This document shows, piece after piece, positions 37,033 through 46,344 of a stretch of 64,000 nt of DNA. The translations under genes and the position numbers were made by a program. How positions within the stretch are numbered: position 1 is the stretch's first letter; each line of letters opens with the position of its first letter. The DNA lies in NCBI GenBank assembly GCA_039932335.1, contig JBDTQH010000024.1, positions 5,959-69,958 on the forward strand, given 5' to 3'. A model generated the notes under the pieces. It was not told where the DNA came from. It did no database searches and worked only from the letters and a program-made list of their open reading frames with translations. Source of the DNA: Chloroflexota bacterium. Lineage in GTDB: Bacteria > Chloroflexota > Chloroflexia > QHBQ01 > JADMIH01.

Positions 37033-38334
37033 CTACTCTATACCCGGTACAGGGAACCTGGAGCAGAGTTCCAGAACCTCGGCGCTCACCTTTGCCCTGA
37101 CTGCTTCATCCTCGGGAGCACGCAGCACGCTACCGATCCAGCGTGCAATCGTGTCCATCTCCGGCTCGCGGAAGCCTCTTGTGGTAACAGCAGGCGTGCC
37201 AACCCTGATGCCGCTTGCCTTCGCGGGCGGCTGCGGGTCATACGGGATGGCGTTCTTGTTCACCGTAATACCGACCTCGTCCAGCATATGTTCGGCTTCC
37301 TTGCCCGTCAACCCAAGGGGGCTAACGTCCACCAGCATCAGGTGGTTGTCCGTACCGCCCGATACGACGCGCAGGCCCGCCGCCTCAAGGCCCTCTGCGA
37401 GCCTCTTCGCATTCTTGATAATTTGCCCCTGGTACTCTTTGAACGATGGTTGCAGCGCCTCGTTGAATGCTACTGCCTTTGCCGCGATAACATGCATCAA
37501 CGGCCCGCCCTGTATGCCCGGAAACACGCTCTTGTCGATATCCTTGGCGTACTGCGCTTTACAGAGGATCATGCCTCCCCTTGGCCCACGCAGCGTCTTA
37601 TGTGTGGTAGTTGTCACAAAGTCGGCATATGGCACGGGAGTGGGGTGCAGACCCGCCGCTACCAACCCCGCGATATGCGCCATATCCACCATCAGCATAG
37701 CGCCCACCGAGTCGGCGATCACGCGGCATCGCTCGAAATCAAACACCCGCGAGTACGCGCTCGCTCCCACCACCAGCATCTTCGGCCTATCCTCAAGCAC
37801 CTGCGCCTGTAGCGCATCGTAGTCGAGCCGCTCTGTCTCGCGGTCCACAGGGTAGGACGTAGCAGAGTAGAGTTTGCCGGAGAAGTTTACCGAATAGCCA
37901 TGAGTAAGGTGCCCGCCAAAGGCCAATCCCATACCCATAATCTTGTCACCCGGCTGCAAAACAGCCATGAAGACGGCCATGTTGGCCTGCGCGCCCGAGT
38001 GAGGCTGCACATTCACATGCTCCGCGCCGAAAAGTAGCTTGGCACGCTCAATGGCGAGGTTCTCGGCCACATCCACATACTCGCAGCCGCCATAGTATCG
38101 CTTACCGGGGTAGCCTTCCGCGTACTTATTAGTGAGCACCGACCCCTGCGCCTCCAGCACAGCGCGGCTCACATAGTTCTCAGAAGCGATCAACTCGATC
38201 TTCTCGCGCTGACGCCGCTTCTCATCTTCAATCGCCTGCCAGATCTGCGGATCAGATTCGCGCAAGGGCAAATCGACGGGCCTCACCTGGCCCGATCCGC
38301 TATCTTGTTCCTGTGTGGGGAGAGTAGTCTGCAT
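37033..38334 (-). CDS. glyA: Serine hydroxymethyltransferase
   Basis: [38 protein letters not shown]...[10 protein letters not shown] (PLP-Lys region). Confidence 0.95.
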   Translation of the reverse strand: MQTTLPTQEQDSGSGQVRPVDLPLRESDPQIWQAIEDEKRRQREKIELIASENYVSRAVLEAQGSVLTNKYAEGYPGKRYYGGCEYVDVAENLAIERAKLLFGAEHVNVQPHSGAQANMAVFMAVLQPGDKIMGMGLAFGGHLTHGYSVNFSGKLYSATSYPVDRETERLDYDALQAQVLEDRPKMLVVGASAYSRVFDFERCRVIADSVGAMLMVDMAHIAGLVAAGLHPTPVPYADFVTTTTHKTLRGPRGGMILCKAQYAKDIDKSVFPGIQGGPLMHVIAAKAVAFNEALQPSFKEYQGQIIKNAKRLAEGLEAAGLRVVSGGTDNHLMLVDVSPLGLTGKEAEHMLDEVGITVNKNAIPYDPQPPAKASGIRVGTPAVTTRGFREPEMDTIARWIGSVLRAPEDEAVRAKVSAEVLELCSRFPVPGIE

Positions 38335-38437
38335 TCTCGGTGCTCCTGATTCGTACTGCTTACCGCATACTCTGTGTTACTTGTCTCGTGAGGGCCTGCC
38401 TGGATTTCCAACCTCATCCATAGAGGAACCCGCCATG

Positions 38438-38443
38438 ATTATA
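38438..38443 (-). promoter_or_regulatory. Candidate -10 box (TATAAT on the minus strand) for glyA
   Basis: The reverse complement of 38438-38443 is TATAAT, ~100 nt upstream of the glyA ATG. A TTCTCT-like -35 lies 17 bp upstream. Confidence 0.3.
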
Positions 38444-38472
38444 CACCGTTAACAGGGTGAAGAGAAACGGTG

Positions 38473-38504
38473 GTGCGTACTGCGTATTGCGTAAGGGGTT
38501 AGGG
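38473..38504. repeat. Solo terminus of the MITE-like family (GTGCGTACTGCGTATTGCGTAAGGGGTTAGGG)
   Basis: Matches the left terminal inverted repeat of the elements at 36184 and 46019, but the ~150-bp core is absent. Confidence 0.7.
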
Positions 38505-38822
38505 ATGTTTGCCATACCACTCAAGCAACAGGGGCCGACAGGGAGCACCCTGTCCTGGGTGAGCGGTCTCGCTATCCCCCCGTTCGGTTCAACTCTCAAG
38601 AACAGCCGATTGAAGGGGCTGGGGGTGTCCCCAACACCCTTCATTTTGACAACCACTGCCGCCCACCATTATAGTGATAGCTGCTGCGGCCCAAATAATG
38701 CGATAAACTGAGCTATAGGGCCTGAATAGTCACGCGCTGCACAATAAACTCAGGCACTTGCAAGCGAACTGTTATGAATCGGTTGCAGTCTATACCCCTT
38801 GAGGTAGCAATAAAGTACCTGG

Positions 38823-38876
38823 GTACCACCCTGGTACTAGCCATAAAATACCTCCAGTTATCACCCTGGTACTAGC
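38823..38876 (+). promoter_or_regulatory. Pair of 18-bp direct repeats (TAyCACCCTGGTACTAGC) in the galE upstream region; candidate operator
   Basis: Copies at 38824-38841 and 38859-38876 (18/19 identical), 35 bp centre to centre, 38-90 nt upstream of the galE ATG. An adjacent GTACCTGGGTAC palindrome is present. Confidence 0.4.
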
Positions 38877-38913
38877 ACTTTTTACGCATGAAATCGCAGA
38901 TAGGAGTGTTATA

Positions 38914-39963
38914 ATGACAAAAGAGACAACACCCCAGGTGGGGCAACTTGAACAATCGAATACACAGGGGATGAGCGTGCTTGTCACGGGAGGCGCGGGC
39001 TATATCGGCAGCGTCGCCGTTGAGATGCTCCTCGACGCCGGCCATTCGGTCGTCGTCTACGATAACCTGGTCAAGGGCCACCGCGGTGCGGTTGATCCGA
39101 GGGCACGGTTTGTCGAAGGCGATCTGGCTGATCTACCGCTGCTTGAGGAGACCCTGCAGACAAATCGTGTAAACGCGGTAATGCACTTCGCGGCACACTC
39201 ACTCGTAGGCGAGTCGATGGAGAACCCTGGCAAGTACTTCGACAACAACGTCTGCGCAGGCCTCACTTTGCTTGAGGCTATGCAAAGGGCCGGTACCGAT
39301 ATACTTGTCTTCTCATCATCGTGCGCAACCTATGGTATGCCGCAGGGCGATTACCTGAAGGAAACCGATCCGCAAAATCCGATCAACCCATACGGGGAAT
39401 CGAAGCTGATTTACGAACAGATGCTGCGGTGGTTCGGCGAACTGAAGGGGCTGAAATATATCTCGCTGCGCTACTTCAATGCGGCAGGGGCTTCCAGGAA
39501 GTTTGGCGAAGTGCACGATCCTGAGACACATCTCATCCCGCTCGTGTTGCAAGTGGCCCTGGGGCAAAGGCGGTCGGTCCAGATTTTCGGTAACGACTAC
39601 CCAACCCCTGACGGCACAGCAATACGTGACTACATACATGTGATCGATCTCGCCGAGGCGCACCTTCTGGCCCTCAACTGGTTGGCAGAAGGTGGCGAGA
39701 GTGGGGCCTTCAACCTGGGCAACGGGTCAGGCTTCTCGGTCCAAGAAGTAATTGATACAGCAAGACGTGTAACTGGGCATCCGATACCGGCAGAAGTTGG
39801 GCCTCGCCGAGCCGGAGACCCGCCCAGGTTAGTAGCTTCTTCGGAAGGCGGCATTACGGCCAGGTTAGGTTGGAAGCCGCGCTACCCGGAGATCCAGGAC
39901 ATAATTCAAACAGCATGGGACTGGCATCTCAGCCACCAGCTCGGTTACGAGGAAGATAAGTAA
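38914..39963 (+). CDS. galE: UDP-glucose 4-epimerase
   Basis: VLVTGGAGYIGS...YDNL; catalytic S..YGESK; NAAG. AGGAG RBS before the ATG at 38914 (alternative start at 38974). Confidence 0.9.
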   Translation: MTKETTPQVGQLEQSNTQGMSVLVTGGAGYIGSVAVEMLLDAGHSVVVYDNLVKGHRGAVDPRARFVEGDLADLPLLEETLQTNRVNAVMHFAAHSLVGESMENPGKYFDNNVCAGLTLLEAMQRAGTDILVFSSSCATYGMPQGDYLKETDPQNPINPYGESKLIYEQMLRWFGELKGLKYISLRYFNAAGASRKFGEVHDPETHLIPLVLQVALGQRRSVQIFGNDYPTPDGTAIRDYIHVIDLAEAHLLALNWLAEGGESGAFNLGNGSGFSVQEVIDTARRVTGHPIPAEVGPRRAGDPPRLVASSEGGITARLGWKPRYPEIQDIIQTAWDWHLSHQLGYEEDK

Positions 39964-40039
39964 GAACACCGGCAGGGTCGAAGGGGAGCCGGCCCTGCGT
40001 CACTTACGCTATACACTACACTGATATTGGAGTTCTTCT

Positions 40040-41215
40040 ATGGCCAAAGAACTATCGTTCTCGGAGAGATTCGGCAGAGAGCCGAGCATACTTGTGCGTT
40101 CCCCCGGCCGTGTCAATCTGATTGGCGAGCATACCGACTACAATATGGGCTATGTCTTGCCCGTAGCGATAGACCGCTATACCAGGCTCGCGGCCGCTCC
40201 ACGCTCAGACAAGAAAGTGAACATCTACTCTGAGGCGATGGGCCAGGGCGTTGAAATCGACCTCGACGGCCATATCGGTCTTGTGGGCGAGGCGGCGAAC
40301 TGGTCCAACTATGCACGAGGCGTTGCATGGTGGCTGGAAGAGCACGACTACCACGGGAACGGAGCAGACATCCTGATGTTTGGCGATCTGCCCGTGGGCG
40401 TGGGACTCTCCTCTTCTGCTTCCATGGTCATGGGCCTGCTGGCTGCTGTATCGGCAGTCGCCGGCTGGGATCTCCCCCGGCCCGAGATGGCTCGCGCCGC
40501 ACAAAAGATTGAGAACGACTTTATCGGCGTTCCCGTGGGCATCATGGATCAGATGGTGATCGGTCTCGCTGAGCCGCGTTCTGCCCTGCTCATAGATTGC
40601 CGCTCACTTAATACGACGCTCGTTCCCTTACACCTTGAGGCCAAGGGTCTGTCGCTCATTGTTGCCAATAGCGGAATGTCACGCGACATCGCGGACTCGG
40701 CCTATGCCCGCCGCCGCCGCGAGTGCGAGGCTGCTCTGGGCGCTCTTAAGGTCATCACGTATAACCTGGAGCTGCAATCGCTCCGCGATGTCGATACCAG
40801 AATGCTGAGCCAGTACGGCAGCAAGCTTTATCCTACTCTCTACAAGCGTGCCCGCCATGTGGTCACCGAAAATGAGCGCGTACTCCATACTGTAGCCGCT
40901 CTCGACAACGGCGACATGGAAGAGGTCGGCAAGCTGATGAACGAGTCGCACAACAGCCTGCGCAACGACTTCGAGGTGAGTAATCCCTTCATAGACCGCC
41001 TGGTAGACCTTGCACACGAAACCGAAGGCGTGTTGGGCGCAAGGCTCACAGGCGCGGGCTTCGGCGGCTGCACAGTCAACCTCGTGCGCAACGAAAGCAT
41101 CCGCGAGTTTAATCGCAACGTCGTTCGCCGCTACTCGGAAGAAACCTCCCTGAAGGCCGAGACCTACGTAGTACGCCCCGTCGCCGGTCTGCAAGTAGAA
41201 AGACTAATCGCCTGA
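40040..41215 (+). CDS. galK: Galactokinase
   Basis: Galactokinase signature RSPGRVNLIGEHTDYN. GHMP kinase motif PVGVGLSSSAS. Confidence 0.9.
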   Translation: MAKELSFSERFGREPSILVRSPGRVNLIGEHTDYNMGYVLPVAIDRYTRLAAAPRSDKKVNIYSEAMGQGVEIDLDGHIGLVGEAANWSNYARGVAWWLEEHDYHGNGADILMFGDLPVGVGLSSSASMVMGLLAAVSAVAGWDLPRPEMARAAQKIENDFIGVPVGIMDQMVIGLAEPRSALLIDCRSLNTTLVPLHLEAKGLSLIVANSGMSRDIADSAYARRRRECEAALGALKVITYNLELQSLRDVDTRMLSQYGSKLYPTLYKRARHVVTENERVLHTVAALDNGDMEEVGKLMNESHNSLRNDFEVSNPFIDRLVDLAHETEGVLGARLTGAGFGGCTVNLVRNESIREFNRNVVRRYSEETSLKAETYVVRPVAGLQVERLIA

Positions 41216-41231
41216 TCTCTTCCAACGTAGA

Positions 41232-41266
41232 AAAGAGCCGTGCACCCAATGTGTACGGCTCTTTAC
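41232..41266 (+). terminator. Terminator-like hairpin after galK
   Basis: AGAGCCGT/ACGGCTCT 8-bp stem with a 13-nt loop, then TTTACATG (weak U-tract). Confidence 0.4.
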
Positions 41267-41295
41267 ATGCAAAAGCTCTTTTCTCGCACACCACT

Positions 41296-41336
41296 CTTAC
41301 TTTTACGCACCACGTTTTACGTTTCATGTTTTACGC
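41296..41336. repeat. CGTAAAA/CGTGAAA heptamer array (reverse orientation)
   Basis: CTTACTTTTACGCACCACGTTTTACGTTTCATGTTTTACGCC is the reverse complement of the CGTRAAA family. Confidence 0.8.
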
Positions 41337-41353
41337 CAAAGAAGGACCTATTC

Positions 41354-41965
41354 ATGACCATACGAACCATTGTTTTTGATATTGGCGGTGTGCTGGAGAT
41401 CACACCTAAAACCGGCTGGGAAAGAAAGTGGGAGACACTACTCAACCTTAAGCCCGGCGAAATGAACGAACGCCTCATGAGCGTCTGGAAAGACGGCAGT
41501 TCGGGCAAAATCTCAGAAGAAGAAGTCGAAAAGGGAGTGGGCGAGATCCTGGAGCTGGACCGGGCGCAGGTAGACGCATTCATGCATGATCTGTGGGCAG
41601 AATATCTTGGCACGCTGAACGTCGAGCTTGCCGCCTACTTCGCGAGCCTGCGCCCGCGCTACCGGACCGCCATCCTCAGCAACAGCTTCGCCGGCGCGCG
41701 ACGCAAAGAGGAAGAGGCCTACGGTTTTGGCGATATGTGCGACGTGATTATCTACTCACACGAGGAAGGAATAAAGAAACCCGACAGGCGCATCTATGAG
41801 CTAGCCTGTGCGCGACTTGGTGTACAGCCACACGAGATGGTCTTCCTGGATGATGTGCCCGCGGCCATAGACGCGGCCCGTGCATATGGCATTCACGGCG
41901 TACTTTTCAAGGACACTGCCCAGGCCATCGCTGACATAGAATCCCTGCTACATACTGAAGCATAA
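41354..41965 (+). CDS. HAD-superfamily hydrolase (subfamily IA-like)
   Basis: Motif I IVFDIGGVL. Motif III/IV ...KPDRRIYE...VFLDDV. The ORF opens at 41240, but the conserved N-terminus begins at MTIRTIVFD (41354). Confidence 0.75.
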   Translation: MTIRTIVFDIGGVLEITPKTGWERKWETLLNLKPGEMNERLMSVWKDGSSGKISEEEVEKGVGEILELDRAQVDAFMHDLWAEYLGTLNVELAAYFASLRPRYRTAILSNSFAGARRKEEEAYGFGDMCDVIIYSHEEGIKKPDRRIYELACARLGVQPHEMVFLDDVPAAIDAARAYGIHGVLFKDTAQAIADIESLLHTEA

Positions 41966-42057
41966 CCCACAGCATGGCGCAATATAAGGCAATGGCCCAG
42001 ATCGCGGATCACGGTCTTCTCCATCGAGCCTCCTCTGGCTGCAAATCAGGGAATGGG

Positions 42058-42088
42058 AAAGCCCCCGCAATTGTGGCGCGGGGGCTTT
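42058..42088. terminator. Bidirectional Rho-independent terminator between the convergent HAD and der genes
   Basis: AAAGCCCCCGC / GCGGGGGCTTT 11-bp perfect stem with a 9-nt loop, flanked by an A-tract and a T-tract. Confidence 0.7.
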
Positions 42089-42102
42089 AGATCGGTAGTT
42101 GC

Positions 42103-43491
42103 CTACTCTGAGTGCTGTCGTGTCCTGAATATGAGCTTGATTGGCGTTCCCTCAAAGCCGAAGGCTCCGCGCAACTGGTTCTCCAGGTATCTCTTGTACG
42201 AGAAGTGAACGGCCTCTGCATCGTTAGTGAAGAAGACGAACGTGGGCGGCTTGATGTCCGCCTGGGTCGCATAGTAGAACTTCACCCACTTGCCCGGCTT
42301 CGATGCGGGCGGGTGTGCGTCCACTGCCTCTTTCACCAGCTTGTTGAGCTGACCAGTCGATACGCGCTTGGTGCGCTCCTTCGCAACCGTCATAGCGGCA
42401 GGCAGCACTTTGTTTACTCTCTGCCCGTACTTTGCGGATATAAAGGTGAAGGTCACATAGGGGATGAAGTTAAGCTCCTGGCGCAGGTGTGCCGTGTAGT
42501 CATATATCGTGTTGGAGTCCTTCTCCACCAGGTCCCACTTATTTACCACCAGCACTATACCCTTGGACTCTTCCAGCACATAACCCGCGATATGCGTGTC
42601 CTGCGCCGTAATGCCCTCGGTGGCGTCGATCACCAGCAGCACCACGTCGGCACGCTGTATGGCGCGCAGTGTGCGAATGACCGAATAGCGCTCGATACCC
42701 GGGTCGATGCGCCCGCGCCTCCTTATGCCTGCTGTGTCGATAAGGGTGACATCATACGTAACAGCTTCCTCGCCCTCACCCTCTATGTATTCAAAATGGG
42801 TGTCGATGGCATCGCGTGTTGTGCCCGGTATATCCGAGACGATAACCCGCTCCTGCCCAAGTATGGCGTTCAGCAGCCGGGACTTGCCCACGTTGGGCCG
42901 CCCGACCAGCGCGATACGTACCTTCTGCTCCTCCGGCTCTTCATCGGCCTGCTCCTTGGGGAACGCGGCCACCACCTGGTCGAGCAAATCTCCGGTATTG
43001 ATAGAGTGCTTGGAAGAGACAGGAATAGGGTCGCCCAGGCCGAGCGCGTAAAACTCAACTGCGTTCAGGCGGCGCTCTTCCGAATCTGCTTTGTTGGCGG
43101 CCACAATCACGGGCTTCTTCGACGTGCGAAGTACCTCAGCAATCTCATTATCGGAGGCGGTAAGCCCGGTCTTGGCGTCCACCATAAAGAGAATTACGTC
43201 GGCCTCTTCGATAGCGGTCTCGGCTTGTTCGCGTGTGCGGCGCATGACCTCTTCCTCGGTCACCTCGCCCTCAGGTCCGCTGCCCGGTTCAGCCATGCCG
43301 CCAAGCACCATGCCGCCCGTGTCAATCACAGTAAACACGACGCCGTTCCATTCGGTGTCGCCGTAGATGCGGTCGCGGGTTGTGCCAGGCTGGTCCTCGA
43401 CGATAGCAACCTGTTCGCCGATAAGCCTGTTAAAAAAGGACGACTTGCCTACATTAGGCCTGCCGACGATAGCCAGTACGGGTTTGGGCAT
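42103..43491 (-). CDS. der: Ribosome-associated GTPase Der (EngA), double GTPase domain
   Basis: Two G domains (GRPNVGKSS...DTGG and GRPNVGKSRLLN...DTAG) plus a C-terminal KH-like domain. Confidence 0.95.
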   Translation of the reverse strand: MPKPVLAIVGRPNVGKSSFFNRLIGEQVAIVEDQPGTTRDRIYGDTEWNGVVFTVIDTGGMVLGGMAEPGSGPEGEVTEEEVMRRTREQAETAIEEADVILFMVDAKTGLTASDNEIAEVLRTSKKPVIVAANKADSEERRLNAVEFYALGLGDPIPVSSKHSINTGDLLDQVVAAFPKEQADEEPEEQKVRIALVGRPNVGKSRLLNAILGQERVIVSDIPGTTRDAIDTHFEYIEGEGEEAVTYDVTLIDTAGIRRRGRIDPGIERYSVIRTLRAIQRADVVLLVIDATEGITAQDTHIAGYVLEESKGIVLVVNKWDLVEKDSNTIYDYTAHLRQELNFIPYVTFTFISAKYGQRVNKVLPAAMTVAKERTKRVSTGQLNKLVKEAVDAHPPASKPGKWVKFYYATQADIKPPTFVFFTNDAEAVHFSYKRYLENQLRGAFGFEGTPIKLIFRTRQHSE

Positions 43492-43867
43492 TACATTCTT
43501 CCTACGTATTTTCTATATGCTCGGAAATAGCTGGCTCAATGGGCCAGTCTACATTGTAGCATAACCAAAGGTGGTGGGGCAAGCGCACCCCACTTTTAGA
43601 TGTTCAGACTTAGGGTGGAGTAATCTTACATCCAGGTAAGCCAAGACCCACCGCCCCACGCTTCGCTCATACCCCTCCCACACGTGGGAGGGGAGTCTAA
43701 GAAGGGGAGAATGGGGGACACCCCCACACCCCCGTCATGGGCTTCCCCTTGCACCCCAGTACCCCTATTCTGAACACTTACCCCACTTTTAATTGTTCAG
43801 ATCAGAAGTAGAGCAACCTGACATCTCGGTAGGAGGAGACCCGCCCTCAGCGAGCAGAGTAGACCTA

Positions 43868-44680
43868 TCAAAGGTGCTTTAGAAACTGCTGGGGGTTATT
43901 CAAGAAATCCCTTGTAATCCTCACGTGCTCCACATCCTCGTATGCGATGCGCCGCACGCTGTCTCCATCGAAATTGTATATGGCTGCGTTGGGGAACGCC
44001 ATCAGGATAGGCGAATGGGTGGCTATAATAAACTGCGCGCCTTTCTCCAGCACCATCTCCTTGAGCATGGTGATAAACGACAACTGCCTTAGTGGCGAGA
44101 GCGGGGCTTCCGGCTCGTCCAACATATACAGCCCTTCCGGCACGAATCGCGACTGGAACACCTTAAAGTAGCTCTCGCCGTGCGACCTCGCCCCCAGGTC
44201 CTCGCCGTACCGCTGCTTCATGTCATGCAACTCTTTCAGGTAGGGCGACCGCGCCAGATTGCGCGCTGTCGTCGATCTCCCCTCCATTTCTCGGTCCAGG
44301 CGAGCGAGATCCGCCTCGTATTCTTCTCTGATGCCTGTTAGTTGCTTGGAGAACCCGAAGAAATCCTCCGTCCGCATGAAGAAGCCGCGCCGCGTCCTCT
44401 TTGCCCATGCCAGCTTTAGGCTTCTCGCCAGGGGCCTTATCGCCGTCAAGGTCTTGTCCTTCTCCACGCTCTCGCTGCCCACCACAGGCAACCCAGCGGC
44501 GTACGCAATGGCCTCCAGCAGGGTCGATTTGCCCGACCCGTTTTCGCCCACCAGAAATGTAACCTCAGCAGTAAAATCTAGCTGTTCCAGTGATGCGATA
44601 ATCGGCACGCTAAAAGGAAATCGCTCTCCCTCTTCTTCGTCGTCCGGCTTGTTGAGCCTGATGGTTGCCAGGTGAATCAT
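43868..44680 (-). CDS. Small AAA_21/SMC-RecF-like ABC-type ATPase (270 aa)
   Basis: Walker A GENGSGKST. Degenerate signature SHGES. Walker B LYMLDEPE. H-loop ATHSP. No transmembrane or nuclease domain. Overlaps the upstream DUF2254 gene by 4 nt. Confidence 0.75.
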   Translation of the reverse strand: MIHLATIRLNKPDDEEEGERFPFSVPIIASLEQLDFTAEVTFLVGENGSGKSTLLEAIAYAAGLPVVGSESVEKDKTLTAIRPLARSLKLAWAKRTRRGFFMRTEDFFGFSKQLTGIREEYEADLARLDREMEGRSTTARNLARSPYLKELHDMKQRYGEDLGARSHGESYFKVFQSRFVPEGLYMLDEPEAPLSPLRQLSFITMLKEMVLEKGAQFIIATHSPILMAFPNAAIYNFDGDSVRRIAYEDVEHVRITRDFLNNPQQFLKHL

Positions 44681-46008
44681 AACAGACTAATTTCTCCCTC
44701 ATGTATACCGAGCGCGCCTACCACGTCCGCCATTTCTGCGTTGATCTGTGCGCGATCTCTTTCGTTCTCAATGTGGCGGTCGGCATCCCGCATGATCGCC
44801 TTTACATGCTCTTTCAGCACAGCCCTCTGCCCGGGCAGGTCGCACCGCTCGGCGATTTCCGCTATGACATCCAGCATCTTTGCGGGAATAGTTGCATCCC
44901 CCATGCCGTAGCGCCTGACCTGATCGAATGCATGCGCCGCCATAGCGTCAAAGGTAAGCACAGGGGCAATAATCCGCGCCTGCCCGTTCTTGTCGAGAAG
45001 TACATGCCTGGGTAGCTCTCTGGCTGCCAGTTGCCTTAATACCAGGCTCATTTCGTTGAGCGCCATCACCGCCGTGTTGGGGTCGTTTATAGCGGGCGAC
45101 AATGCTTTTATCGCGATGTCCGACAACTGGAGCATCCCGTAAAGTGGGTCCTGGTATATCGTGCGGTGCGGCCCCGAAGCAAATGCATCCCTGATCTGCC
45201 GCACAAGATCGTCAGATACCCTGTCAGCCGGGCCGACCGTCGCCAGCAGTTCGTTCTTCAGCACGAAGTTGCCAACGCTCTTGTGCAGCACCACAACGAG
45301 ATCATGGCGGACAGCCATATCCAGCAATTGGCGCCCGTACACCATCTGAATATATCCGGACTGCCCGGCCAATACCTCACTCATCTCGAACGCAGCCACC
45401 CTTTCGTCGCTGTCATCCTGTGCATCACGTCTCTGCATGTGCTCCGGATAAAGCCCTATGATTGCCTTATTCGTCGCCTGGCCCACGCGGTTAATGATGT
45501 GGTACGCCTGTATCGATTCCGAAACGTGGTGGATAAACAGAATAAAGAGCATCAGATCTACTATTGCTAGCAGGAGCGCAAAAGTAGCCGACAGTACAGG
45601 CACGAAGTCTTGGTCGTTCTCAATGCGCGTGGTCCTGAGTATCAGCAAGCAGTAGACGAAGCTCCCCAACAGCGTGCCGAGCACGATCTGGTTGGTGTTG
45701 TCGTCCATAAAGCTGTGCAGAGTGCGAGAAGCATACTGGCTTGAGGCAAACGAAAAGACCACAATAGTAAAAGAGAACGCCACGCTTGCCACGGTGAGCA
45801 TAGAGCCTGCTATCGTGGAAAGCATGTCTCGCGTGCCTTCAGGCCCCGCCTCAAACACCAGCGGCAGGTTGGCGGCCACGCTATTCCCAACGGTCCTATC
45901 GAGCCACACCATGAGGTAAGCCAGCCCGATAAGCAGAGCAACAACCAGCGAAGGGACGAACCAGAGTCCGCCCTGAAGGTTATTGAACACACGTTGGAAT
46001 CGAAGCAT
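44677..46008 (-). CDS. DUF2254-family predicted membrane protein (443 aa)
   Basis: N-terminal ...LQGGLWFVPSLVVALLIGLAYLMVWLDR... followed by three more TM helices and a ~280-aa soluble domain. This pattern matches the DUF2254 family as I recall it. Confidence 0.6.
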   Translation of the reverse strand: MLRFQRVFNNLQGGLWFVPSLVVALLIGLAYLMVWLDRTVGNSVAANLPLVFEAGPEGTRDMLSTIAGSMLTVASVAFSFTIVVFSFASSQYASRTLHSFMDDNTNQIVLGTLLGSFVYCLLILRTTRIENDQDFVPVLSATFALLLAIVDLMLFILFIHHVSESIQAYHIINRVGQATNKAIIGLYPEHMQRRDAQDDSDERVAAFEMSEVLAGQSGYIQMVYGRQLLDMAVRHDLVVVLHKSVGNFVLKNELLATVGPADRVSDDLVRQIRDAFASGPHRTIYQDPLYGMLQLSDIAIKALSPAINDPNTAVMALNEMSLVLRQLAARELPRHVLLDKNGQARIIAPVLTFDAMAAHAFDQVRRYGMGDATIPAKMLDVIAEIAERCDLPGQRAVLKEHVKAIMRDADRHIENERDRAQINAEMADVVGALGIHEGEISLL

Positions 46009-46018
46009 AATGTTGGGT

Positions 46019-46219
46019 CTACTACGTATTGCGTAGGGGCCAGGGGTCAGGGGTCAGGTTGCCCGCTGTCGGTTATCAGTAGACGGCATGTGCCGCTTAT
46101 TCTCTTCTCTCAGCGCTCACTAAACCTCATGAACTTCTGCGTAACTCAGCGCTCTCTACGCCTCTGCGGTGAATCCGTAATCCCTGACACCCGACCCCTG
46201 ACCCCTGACCCCTGACACC
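46019..46219. mobile_element. ~200-bp MITE-like dispersed element, copy B
   Basis: CTACTACGTATTGCGTAGGGGCCAGGGGTCAGGGGTCAGG ... CCCTGACACCCGACCCCTGACCCCTGACCCCTGACACC. The central ~110 bp align with copy A with few substitutions. It starts 11 nt from the DUF2254 start codon. Confidence 0.8.
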
Positions 46220-46344
46220 TTGCCCCGAGCCGTCCACCCCTGCTATAATATCATGAATGCCTGCGAACAGGGCAACCTCCAAAGAACCCGCAATCGCGTA
46301 AGTTTGCGGCTTATCACACATGAAATAGTAAGCAGTTTATATCT

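Noticed and set aside
35067-37822. Plus-strand ORFs 35067..35900, 36700..37812 and 36959..37822 antisense to the WecA-like gene, upp and glyA
   Set aside because: The antisense partners are near-certain housekeeping genes. The translations are His/Gln/Arg-rich without domains.
38335-38470. Possible riboswitch (ZTP/pfl or THF) in the glyA 5' leader
   Set aside because: I reverse-complemented the ~100-nt leader and looked for the pfl consensus (UGGCG...ACCGGG...CCGCCUGGGC) and THF features; none are present. The leader looks like a plain short UTR with a TATAAT promoter.
42112-43530. 472-aa plus-strand ORF covering all of der on the opposite strand
   Set aside because: der (EngA) is unambiguous on the minus strand. 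The + frame is a GC-skew artefact, rich in Leu/Arg/His with no motif.
43672-43693. Palindrome CCCCTCCC-ACACGT-GGGAGGGG downstream of the AAA ATPase gene as a terminator
   Set aside because: It is a stable 8-bp GC hairpin, but there is no U-tract in either orientation. It is possibly a protein-binding palindrome. I did not call it as a terminator.
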